DNA of 64,000 nucleotides, from positions 186,001 through 250,000 of the forward strand of contig NW_026857770.1 of the NCBI RefSeq assembly GCF_026571515.1, given 5' to 3'. Made by a program: the position numbers and the translations under genes. The DNA is from Ruditapes philippinarum (Eukaryota). The notes under the pieces are model-generated. The model worked only from the letters and a program-made list of their open reading frames with translations, searched no databases and was not told the DNA's origin. How positions within the stretch are numbered: position 1 is the first letter of the stretch; the number at the start of each line of letters is the position of its first letter. Positions 1-12,700 of the stretch are shown in pieces.

Positions 1-1675
1 TTCAAACACATATTCATTTTTTACAATTGACATATAGAACTGTTCAATACATGGAATGCACTAAAAAGGACGAGAACCAAAAGCTTATGCTTATATTGGT
101 CTTATCCTATTCAACAAATAAACCAACGCAGGCAATTGCACATATACCGTTCGTTGTATTGTTGTTCGTAATTAAATTTGAATTAATAGCATTTATCATA
201 CTATTCGGTAAGCATATATGCTAAAGTCAAACACAAGTGCAGTACCGATACAGATTGCAATGTTTTTGAAATAACATAACTTTAGATTAAAGAATTGCTT
301 CATTCAATTGTGATTAAGAAAATGTTTATGAAGAAGAAAATAGTTTATTTCGGTAGGTAAAGTGTATTTCGGTAGGTAATGTGTATTTCGATAGCTAATA
401 CGTATTTAGTTTCTCATACAAAAAAAAAAAAAAAATCGTTATTACTTATGCAAAGCAATACAAATAAAAGCGATAAGAAAAAAAGTTAAACATGATAAAC
501 ATTCTTTGAAAGTTTAAAGAAATTTGTTTGGATTGACGTTACGGTATCTTAATGTTTATAACAAATAAATGCAATCAAACTACACCTCAGTATAAAAATA
601 TATAGTTATCAAAAGAGTTTTTTTAAAACATCAGGTAATTAAATCAAAAGTAATTTTAAAACTGAAAATATATACGTCTTTTACAACAAGGCGAGTGTCA
701 TAATTCACAATTTAAAAAACATATTTTACATAATAAAACTGCATTGTATACATGTATAAGATTATAGATATACGAGTAACTGTAAAGAATCATTCATAAA
801 GCAACAAATTCTATATTTTCCCATACACACAACAACAATATTATTTATTTAACGAGAGTTGTGTCCATAGCATACTTCTCTTTTTAGGTTTATATTTCAT
901 GTGGGGTCAAGTGTTTAAGTAATAAATGATAAAAAAAAATATATTAACTAATACACTTCACAAACACGTGACTGAGGAAGCTCTAGTTATTGATAAGAAA
1001 AGGATTTCTCATCAAGGGTCACAGTCACCATACCTGGTGACCTTTCATCTTATAAACCTAAAAATCATTTTGGTCCATATACTGGTCATGTTCATTGTCC
1101 TAATTAATTCACAAATCCACAGCTTATTCCTTATGTAATTATTGACCGGCAAATTATTTAACAATAAGTGACACTGTGACCTTGACCTGTGACGGAATGA
1201 ACTCAGAACTATAGGAATCATGTACTGAATTAATTATATCTAGTACAAAAAGCATTCTTTTATAACAATATCACTTAAGCAACTCTTTCACATTTGCTGT
1301 ATGAATTGTTATTACCTAATTTTGAGCAAATTTGGATTTATTTTACTTTTATACGCTGGCAAGTATGTTTTTCCTTAATGCCAATTTATCAATAGTACTT
1401 ATATTATAATACTTTGGAAGTTATAACGTCATAGTACTCAGTTTTTTTTGTTGTTGTTTTTTTTTTTGGGGGGGGGGAGGGGCGAGTGGGGCATAAGCAT
1501 TTGTAGACGTCATGTTTTGTCGGTTGACAGTTATAGATAAAATAGTCTTGAACTGTTATTTTTTTGGTATGGCTACTAGATCCGTTCATAATGCAGTTTG
1601 TAATTTAATTGCCAAATGCCAAATCAAATCTATTCTCTAACCATAAATATCAGAAAATAATTGTTAAAATAAGGA

Positions 1676-1836
1676 NNNNNNNNNNNNNNNNNNNNNNNNN
1701 NNNNNNNNNNNNNNNNNNNNNNNNNNNNNNNNNNNNNNNNNNNNNNNNNNNNNNNNNNNNNNNNNNNNNNNNNNNNNNNNNNNNNNNNNNNNNNNNNNNN
1801 NNNNNNNNNNNNNNNNNNNNNNNNNNNNNNNNNNNN
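1676..1836. other. Assembly gap
   Basis: Run of N. Confidence 1.
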
Positions 1837-2363
1837 GGGTTTTAAGTCAAATTGACTGTTCGAATATAAAGATTTTTTTTATTTCATTAACCAAAAGCAT
1901 ATTAAATACAATCAATTACATTTACATACATCATTTTGTTACTAAATATAAATACATGTCTGCTTCAATTAAATCCACATTCAATAACCGCACGTCACTT
2001 ATTCCAAAGAAAAAGAAAACATTAATAATAAAAAAATAACATTTTTCCACTTGAAAGAATAAGAAAAAAGGTAGATACAACAGAAATTAACAAAGAAAAA
2101 ACTCTTAACAAACCTGAAACAAAGTAACAAAATACAATTAAGACAGACACTCACGTACTTGCACTCAAAAAATTAAATAGAGACAAGTGAACAAGTTTCG
2201 TTTCATTTTGTAAATTTTATGGTTTAATTACATATTTTCTTTGTTGCTATCATCAGTTTTTATTTGTTAGAGTATCAGATAGTTTATTCCGTTTTTGTTT
2301 GTATGAGTCAACTTTGTCATTTGACAATGCAATTTCTTCTTTAATCTGTATCACCTTAATAGC

Positions 2364-3134
2364 AACAAGAAGTCGAGATGGCCCTACATCGCTCACCTGA
2401 CCCATCGAACTCATCCAAGCAATTACTTATACAGCATCCTAACAAAGTTTGATGACAATTGAGTCAAAAATGTGACCTCTAGAGTGTTAACAAGGTTTTT
2501 CAATATTTGGGCAGTGTGGTCTAGTTTTTGACTCCAGGTGACCATTATTCGAATTTGACTAGAAATCATCAAAACAAACTTTCAGACTAATTTCCAGGAT
2601 ATTTGGATCAAAAAACAGAAGCCACTAGAGTGTCAACAATATTTTTTCTGTTTTTAAGCTCCTGTGACCTAATTCTTCAATTGAGATGACCCATGTTCGA
2701 ACTCATCTAGACAGGCATTCTGACCATGTTTGATGTCAATTGAGTCAAAAATGTGACCACTAGAGTGTTAACAAGGTTTTTCCATATTTGAGCGGTGTGA
2801 CCTAGTTTTTGACCCCAGGTGACCCATATTCGAACTTGACCTAGAAATCATCAAAACAAACTTTCAATCATATTTCCAGGATATTTGGATAGATACAGTA
2901 GCCACTAGAGTACTAACAAGATTTTCAATTTTTAGCTCCTGTGGCATTGTTGTTCATCTGAGATGACCCATGTTCAAAGTTCCCCAAGAAATTACCTGAA
3001 CAAGCATCCTTACAAAGTTTGATGATAATTGATGCAAACAGTGACCACTGGAGTGTTAACGAACAAATGTGGACAGACGACGGACATTCAACGATACTAA
3101 AAGCTCACCCTGAGCTAGCTCAGGTGAGCTAAAA
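2364..3134 (+). mobile_element. Helentron-associated (HINE-like) element with internal tandem array
   Basis: 5' aacaag...gctcacctga subterminal motif. About 285-bp higher-order repeats (gtttgatgacaattgagtcaaaaatgtgacc near 2447 and 2728, related at 3017). GACA/GACG tract, then 3' hairpin agctcaccctgagctagctcaggtgagct. Confidence 0.75.
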
Positions 3135-3764
3135 GGTTTTTAAAATATCAAATTTGGATTACTCTTTTTGGTATTTCATTTTTTAATGTAATATTTCATT
3201 TCAATAATGATATTTTTACTTCATCACTCTTTAAAGTGTTTGTAACCCCTTCAAAAATATATTGACTCTATGAAAAACTGATATTTATTGACTCTATTAA
3301 GGTTATATATGTCTAATTCTAGCTTTAATGGTGGAAGAAGATCGCGTTTGCCCCTTCGTGCATTTTCAGGCACGAGCAAGCAATTTGGTAGAACGTAAGC
3401 TAGCTTGATATCTAACCCAAAGAAACATTTAAAATTCCCAGCAATCAAAAACAGGGATGAGATGAAAGATGTCCGATGTCAAAGAATCACTCGGTCACAA
3501 TAGCCCCCAATTGGAATATATAAAAGGCATGATTAAAGTAATGAAAACAAAAGCCATATTATTCTATATAATATATGATACATGTCGGGTTTGCATCAAT
3601 TAATGATCATTTATTCATCATTTTTAAACAGCATTTGTGGTTTAAAATGTCTCATACTTTTAACTCTGTTTGCTAGAAGTGCAAATTGTGTGTCTTAAAA
3701 GTTCCCTGTTTTCTTATCTATTTATTTTTTAATTGAAAATCTCTTATGTGCACTGTCGACACTT

Positions 3765-6700
3765 CTAATTGTTAGTTTTGCTCCATGAATATATTGGAAA
3801 GAATATGCCAAACCACGGTTTCCATTTACAAGCATTAATGCTATCTTGATCTCCAACCAGAATATCTCTTAGTGTCTCCATGTTGTTTTGACTTACCTTG
3901 ATTGAAAATAAAAGTAAGCAACTTACGTTATAATACATAGATACATATTTACGTTTTAACACATAGATACACGTCTATAATAACGAGCGTATCAAAGACT
4001 TAAAGAATGTGGTATTTTAAAATAATGTATATGTAGACAGTTAGGTTTGACATAAAACGAATATCTGTCAAATAGTTATATATACAATTTTGAAAATGGA
4101 AATTAGTGAACTAAAACTACTGCCGATTGTCATTTGTACCACACTAATGTGCAAAGATAACAATGGATCGTCTGTTAAGGTGACAAAAAAACTTTGGGGG
4201 CATAAAGAACATAGAAGTGTAAACAAATCATTTGGCTCTATCTACAAAAAATATATAACTGAGCATTTGAAAATTCATGTACTAGTTTCAGAGATATCAT
4301 GACATTTTCTAGCTGAAAAGAGATGTGAGCCTTTAGTAGTTGAATGAGGGAGTTAGTGAGTGAGTGTGCGAGCGTCTGAAGTAATTAACATTTCTAATCT
4401 TATTGATTCTTATATTTTCTGACTTTTAATAATATTTAAAAATCACTGGCACATCTTTTTCCTGTCACTTAAAGATTTATGCTCTTTCTTGAGTAATAAT
4501 ATTTTTAATCACAGAAATCAATTTTTTTCAAAATCTATGAAATTTTAACAGAATATGTCCCTTGTAAATGAAAGGAAAGGAAATAAATATGTATGGAAAT
4601 CAACATTCCCTATTGCAGGTCAAGTAAGGTTGGTCTCATCTTTAAAAAAAACTGCAAGATTTTAATTGACACTATATATGGATATTGTGACCACCTATAG
4701 TGTTTAGAATCTTACACATATCTACTTTGTGTGAAATCAAAACATGTTTATTCTACAAAGAGTCCTCTGTAGCAATTATCAATGTTTACTAATATCAAAT
4801 TTGAGCATAGTGATATCTTTAAAAAATCATTTCTATTGAAAGATTGAAATTTTACAAGTACAAAAGAATTCGTTTTTTAAAATTTATGGACAAGGCCAAA
4901 ACATTCGCCCATGCTTATTATAATCAAAATTAAATGCCCTATGGAAATAAAAGAAAATAATACCATATCTCCAGCAGACCCTAACTCCCTGTCCTGCTGT
5001 TGATATGTTATTTGATTGTTTGTTTTATCCTACAAGAGAAAAAAGCAATTTCAAGAAGACAGATATAGGACCATTCATGTTATAATATACATACAATTCT
5101 AAACAAAAGCATCAGTTACTTTAAATTGTGCACTATTCGAAAGAAGTAAAACGTTACTTTGCCAGTCACAATAAGACTTAACTTCAAAATCAAACGTTCT
5201 TGCTACTACTTCTGTATGCTGAAATGTCAGTTTTGGAACCTCTACAGCATACAATTTAACCTTTGCAATCATGTTCAAAACAGAAATATTATATTTGAAA
5301 GTTAAAACATAATTATTTAAATAACCCAGTTACCTTTACAACCTCGTAGGCGCTATTGAACAATGCTATGAGAAATTTGAAAATTAAAATAGTAAAACAA
5401 AGACACGTAGGCGTAAATAACCACTCTTAGAAACAAAATGAACAGTTTTGTCCCCAGCATATTCGTCTTGAAGTATGGCAAACGTCGCAAATATCTCATC
5501 TCCTTGACTCATAGAGAATAATGTTTCTGCAGCAGTGGACATTTTCCTAAACTGAAATAAAAATAAAATACTATTTATTGAAACATGCATAGTATTTTGA
5601 ATAGAGACATTGACTCATTTAGCAGACATTCTTTCAGGTTACATCGTCATGCCGTGAGATATTTTTAACATTCTGACTTACATTAAAAACATCCTTTATG
5701 TAGAAATAACGAATGACTTATGCATTTCATCTCAATGGTTTCTTCTTTCAAATCATAGATTCGAATACCATCAGCTTTAAATACTAAATACTGCTTTAAT
5801 GTCAACCACTAATAATATAAATGTTTTGTTTTTCTTATTTAAACAGAGATACGTAGATAAATGCTAAGCCTTATAAAAACGTGCTTAAGTAATTCGTTGT
5901 GTTATTTTCCAGTAATGAGATTGTTAACTTTTGCGACTCTTTCCGATGATGACGTAGGGATATCCCTCAAATATATATGCGGCACTCATGCACCTCTGAA
6001 CATTTCCAACAATATATCAAACTCTCTTAGTAAACCAATATTTGGTTATAAATCGCTCAATATTATATTCTAAACGATTGCCCTTATACTTCCAATACAA
6101 ATTACTTTTCAATAATTCATATAAGTAAAACCGGAGGAGATATTGTAACATTAATCAATTCCGAGGTTAGTGCAATATTAAATGACTTTAAAAAAAATGT
6201 TTTCTCCTTCATCTCCCCAATAAAAGCCCACCTACCCTACCCTACCAAAAGGAACACTACAATAAATTTAAACGGAGGGATAAATCTACGTCGTTTTCTG
6301 ATTTGAGGTCGCGCCTCCTTGACGAGTATCTGCTCTTTCAATACTAGGTTTTTTTAACAGTTACACTTAAACAATGACTGACAGTCTAATTGAAAAGTTT
6401 CTTCAAGAAATGAGGTTAACTAGTTATCCGGTGCTAGAGGGCGTAGCAGATGATGAATCATCATCTATCATCAAAAATCTAATCTTGTAGTATTTTTTTT
6501 TCACTGTTCTACAGGGATTTTTTCCAAAATTCATATGAACTTGCATTTCTGTTCATATAACATTTATCAGCATTTAAATCAAAATTCAGAAAATAATGAT
6601 TTAAATAATTCCTTCAATATGTTGTTTTCTTAGATCAGACCATTACACAGTCTATCAATACTTCAAAAATGAAAGAAATATGATTATTTACCTTAATATG

Positions 6701-9700
6701 GTAAGGTCCTAGGACAATATAAGAACATGACCAGAATCCGACAAACATTAGTACTACGCAAGTAAGAAAAAAAACTATATCAACTGCTGCCTTTCGGATG
6801 GTTTTGACTAAGAGCTGAAAAATGAAATACATAAAATTGCACTTTTTAATACATCTAAGGACTTGCATATTTTATTACATCTAAGGACTTGCAAAATGTT
6901 CTGTACATATCAAACGGATTTTTTTTCTGTTGTTTTTTTTTTTCTTGTGTATGTGTGCGTGCTGCGTGTGTGCGTGTGTGTTGTTGTTATACAAATCTAT
7001 ATATATTTAGTCCATATACTTAAAGTATCAGTTTATATCATGCAACTGGGTTCATTCTGAACTTTCAAAATTGGAAAACAATTCTTACATTATTTTACAT
7101 TTTAACACTTTTTTCATTGAACAAACCAATCATCATAATAAAAATATTATTTATCCAAAAATTTAAATAGATTTTACAAATAAAACAAAGGAGAAAATAA
7201 TAGTGCGCAGTACTATTGATTTGTTAAAAAGGCATTGTACAGAATATTTTGCTAGCGATAAAGGCTTTTTAAGCGTGAAACCGTTTATTTTAGTCAAAAA
7301 TCTAAATATCTAACAATGAACACAGAGAAAAATAAAATATATGCAGAATGGTTAAATGGAAAAATGACTATTAAAACCTATATGGAAGGCCCTTGTGTCC
7401 CCGAGAAATTTTAAATCTAAAATTTTGAGAACACTTCACCATTCATGACATCATAAACTCCTAATTAGGCTTCTTCATTTCCTACGTAGGAGTTGTAAAG
7501 TCCTAAGTAAGAGTTAAAAACTCCTAATTAGACTTTTTATCTCCTACGTAGGAGTTATCCTTTTTTTAAATCATTATAAATTGGCACCAGGACGCTTTCG
7601 TAGTTTTATATTTTGACTTCTCTTGCAAATGTATTTTTTTCTGAGAAGTTGTAGTTGTAAATAATCCACCTTATTTTCCTGATGTAAGTCCTTGTTATTC
7701 CTTTTATTGTCAATACTGAATTGAACGATTTCTTTAAGAAACACGAGTCCAAAAGGCCTTTTTGTGACTTTTTTAAATAGAGTCTCAAACAGATACCAAA
7801 ATAAAGCTTTACTGGAATTTGCTTTTTAATCGTGTAAAACGGCTGCAAAAGAATTTTATTGTACAAATTGATATAATTGGAATGTCTGTAACAAAGGTAA
7901 GAAGCACTTATAGCTTACGGTAAATTTATTATGTATCCTGATGAAGCGCGCGTATGAAAACCAAGTTAAAAGACATCCAAGGCCCAGTACAACAAGATTG
8001 ACGTCCCAGTTCTTCAATAATACCTCTTCGCCAGATAACTCTCCCTTCAACTGCAAAAATCATGCTTAATTATATACGTGGTATTTAAGAAGCGCAGGAT
8101 AAAAACGTCATACATTAGCAGCTTAGAGAAGAGATACAGTCATATCGAGATAAATATATAGATGCGTTGTCATAAATAATCTAATAAAGCAATATACATT
8201 TGTACTCACATATTTGCAATTCGATAACAATTCAGCCAAGATTTCAAAACAAAATTTAAAACTAAAAGTTTAAAATCTTGTGTAAAAACTGTCCTACCAT
8301 TTTCCTTATCCACCAGATGCCATGCAATGTAAGACAATCTCCTGTGACACAGATTACATTCCACCATTGAACATTTGAGAAACATTCGGAAACAGAGTAT
8401 CTTTTTGACGAGATGTAGAAATAACCAATATTTAGCAAAATAAGAAATATATATTAAGTAAATAAGTTGCCACTACATATACGTGCATTTCAACCTATTT
8501 GTTGTTTTGTGTAGATCATTTGATGTATAAACATGTATGCTACTGTATAATCTATTAAACAAAACTAAGCCCTTGTAAGATCCTGTGGTAGGTATGCATT
8601 TAGTAATATCAATATATAAAAGCAACTTGAAGACAAATTAGCTAGGTAACTAAATATCTTCACATTTTTTAAGTAAGAATGTTATCCGGACTTTACCATT
8701 GAAAACTTTTATTTTGTACCCACAAAAAGTAATTTATCTTATTAAATAGGGTACTTACATAAAGAGACATTTTCATTTCAGGCGAATTTGAAAATTGTAT
8801 GAAACAGACTTAATACAACTCAAATATAAAAAACAAAGTACAATGTATGCTTGACATATATCACTGACTATGATAATCCCGGCTAAAAACAGTATGGTAT
8901 CTCCAATAACGGTCGTAATTGCAAACCCTTCAACTATACTGCACTCATATTCTTCCACCTCTTGTTCACACTGCTTATGATCTGTAATAAAATATGTATT
9001 TGATCACAGTAGTATGGTCCTCATTGCAATTGATTTGTTTGCTTTTGTTTCATCAAGCTCTGAAAGTGATTTGATTCGCGTATTGCAAATCATTTGCTTA
9101 TCCTTATCTATAATCGTTTCACACTGATCGTAAAAACCCAGATCTTTTTCATGTTTAATGGTCACCTTTGCAAATCATTTGATACTTTTTAGTCTAAATT
9201 GTTTCAGTCGAAAACGTCTTTGGTGTACTAAATTAATAGTGTCCTTTCTATGTGTTGTTTGCCTCTGTCAAAATTAGTATAGCCATACATACCACATTCA
9301 GTACAACAGAAAACATATTCCACAATTAACTAACCATTGGTAGAAAAGTCACACGTGACAGGATACGTGAGAGTTGTTAATTTGATGACTACCTGTCCGT
9401 TATTGTTGAGGTTGTTAAACGAAACCTAAAATTAAGGTAATATTTTACTTTAGTGAAACCTTTATAACAGAATCTCTTTTTAAGGTTTTTTTGTTTGTTT
9501 TATAAAAGCAAAAGTATGCCCTTTTATTTAATTCAAGTGAATTGTTAGTGTCTTTTTCAGTTTGAGTAAAGATATAGAAAATTATTTTAAAGAACTAAAC
9601 TTAAGTCTAAACATTTATGCGTAAATGATTTAATTTCAATTTCTTACGTAACTCCACTGGGGTTTGCACTTAAAACGAAAACATGCAAAGTATCATTAAA

Positions 9701-12700
9701 AAAAAAGATTATAAAAATTATGACCCAAATATTTTTCGCTGCATTTTTTTCTGTAATCATATTTAATTTATTAAAACATGCAAATTTTAAATATATTGTG
9801 TCGTACAGTTTTCAGTTTTCCTGAGTTTCTTTATGTTACTATATCGTAAGATTATAAAGTAATCAAAAACTTATAAAAGTTTAATCTTTTATGTCGTATT
9901 ATTCTGATCCAATAAGGCACAATAAATTGAAATAATCAAAGGCAAAAATCTGACGATTGGGATACCGTTTTTATGATTGCCATTTGCAATAATTTACAAT
10001 CAAACATTTAACATGTTATAAATGGAATATTATATAATAGAAATTGTCAATATAATCAGAACAAATGTTGGTAGATGTAAAGTTGAATCGCTGTTGTTTA
10101 GCCGTTACGTAAATGGAAAGCTTCCTAATGTAAACGAATCCAAAGTCACTGTCATCAACAGAGGTGAGCGACATGTGATTTAAAATTGAGAATCAATCAG
10201 GACAGATCAAGATGCATTCCAAAATAAACTTACGGTTCCATTAATACGGAGGCATCTAGTATTTTGGCTGTCCCAATCAACTCTTATTGAATGTAGTGCA
10301 AAGTTGACATCCAGCTTTAGCATCCTAAACAATAAAAAGATTGTCATTGATTATCATAAAATCATGTTTGAAAAATGTGTTTATTCAGGTTGAACTGAAG
10401 GGAAGGTTAAGTTTGGTTGAACAATTCTCGGATCCTCTGCCTGAAAATTACCATTATTTTTATATGAAATGGTGCACAGCATGGACAATGACTATTCTCA
10501 GCCATTCGAAGGAACAAAATGTTGATTGACTCTTTTTTATCAAGAAAGAACGATTAAATTTTATAGCCTGTTTAAGTGTGTTTTTTTTTCGAATTTCAAG
10601 CAATTTTATTGGCTGGTGTAAAGAATGGGCAGTGTCTATTGCTCAGCCATTCAAATGTAGTTTCTTTTGACTGACTCTTTTTATCGAAAAATGCATTACT
10701 GACATAGCTTTTTTAAGAATGTAATAAAATTCCGAACAATGTCATTGGATTTCTGGTGACTATGAACGCTAAAGTGCATTTAGTTACTAGCTGAAATTCA
10801 TTGATAGTGTCTAGGATGTTTGAGAAAAAGCAGAAAAGAGAATAAGATAAAAATTAAGTGAACCTATGAAGAACAGTTGAGAGATTCATTCTGTCCAAAT
10901 CTTTGGTAAGATCGTATTCGTATTCTGTAATGTTCTCTGTGTTTGTAAACTTAGTTAATCCAAGGCTTGGCTCAAAATTGTACCATCCTGGAAAACAATG
11001 CATATATACATCTTTCATTTAAGCAAGATCTAAATCTATAAAAACGAACTAAGTATTTCAGCGTTAAATATGATCACCCACATCACCGCAAGTTTAACTA
11101 TTATCATCATCTTCTATTTTTTACTCATGGTTAGCTATATAAACCTGTACAAAAGATTTCAGCTGACTTAATTTAGACTTGCAGCCACCGTTTATCCCTG
11201 CGTTATCGTAAGAGGCGACTCAATGAGTTTGAAACACTGAAGTTTATGCATGTCTTAGCCCCAGCATTTTCTTATGTTCTAGATAAAATATGATTGCTTA
11301 CCTCTAACGTTAACTTTTGAGACAGTTCCATTTTGATTTTTTATAAAATCGTAGTAACCAATTTTGATAGTGACTTGATCATCAGGTATTTTTATAAAAT
11401 GACCATTTGCCTCGGCTTCAATATTGTAAATCTGTAAAATAAAAATCGTAAATTCGTTTAAAATAAGTTTGTTATACATTATTCGAAATAAATTCTCGTA
11501 TGAAAACAAAAGTCAATTATGATACACGTTTAACAAACAAGTATTACAAAACAATATGTAAAAAAAGTGTTATAATTGACATGATTAACATAAAAGAAAT
11601 ACATAACATTTTAATTCTGCGAGGATTTTATGAATCTACATTGTAGTCTAACATTGCAAAAATTCCATTTTATAGCTAAATTCAAAACGACTAGATGTAT
11701 TTAAGTTCCAATAAGTAAATTTTCCTACCCCGTTATGTAGTTTTTCTATACTAGATTATAAAAATAAATATAACTTATAATAAATTGATGACTTATGTTT
11801 GGAAAGAGGTGTTGTTTCGAATGCCCACTGAAGCCATAAAAAAATCTTGTATCCTTATTTTTTGTGTACAATACAGTTTCCGAAAAGGTTACTCACTGAC
11901 CATAAAGATGATTTATCCTTTATTTCTTTGACGTTTCTTTACAATTAGTACAGTTAAAGTGATTTAGTATTTAGTATGGCAATCAAAATACCACTCTTTT
12001 TAAGATTTTCATACCTTTTTTGACAAATTATTTTACATTTAGCTCTACTACCTTTAACTGATAAGATTTACACATGCTAAAACAGTATAACACACATGTT
12101 TGCCTATTCTAATGAAGAAAAAACGTTATTCCTAAGGCTTAAAGTGCCTTTTTAATTACTACTGAATTTAAAACAACTTTCCTGAGAAACAGTATAATCT
12201 ATTCTACTCTTAAGATCGTCAGTGGTATATGAAGCAAATTGTCCATGAGCTGGTGGGTATGGCAAAGTCTCGAAACCTGGCGAACATAAGACATAACTCA
12301 AGTAGTTTATATTGATTAAGCAATTAATATTCTGACGTTTAACAGAAGTTTAAATATCAATATATGACATTTAAAGAATAACAGGAACAGGGTGTTTGAG
12401 CAAATATCATCAGATATTACAACATTTTTTTTAAGATAAGCATTTCTTTAATATTATAAATAAATGATAAATTATTACTTACTTGCGCTCCAGTCTTTAA
12501 GCAATGTATGCTGAAGAGTTATGTATCCGTCTGTCACAGTGAAGGCGAGTATTTCTCGGCAGTGACCAATCTTGAATGTCTAGTGCAAATTAAAAATTAT
12601 AAATAACTTTATGAAAATATAACAAGAAATTAACATATATGGAACATTTTAAAATATTGATTAATGGTTGGGAGTTTATTAATAACATAAATTATAGTTT

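Noticed and set aside
2440-3060. Periodic repeats resembling a CRISPR array
   Set aside because: Eukaryotic context. The units are contiguous degenerate tandem repeats without unique spacers, and there are no cas genes.
8773-8775. TGA as a selenocysteine or readthrough codon in mucolipin
   Set aside because: I saw no SECIS evidence, the position is not a conserved Cys, and other lesions in the gene favour decay or error.
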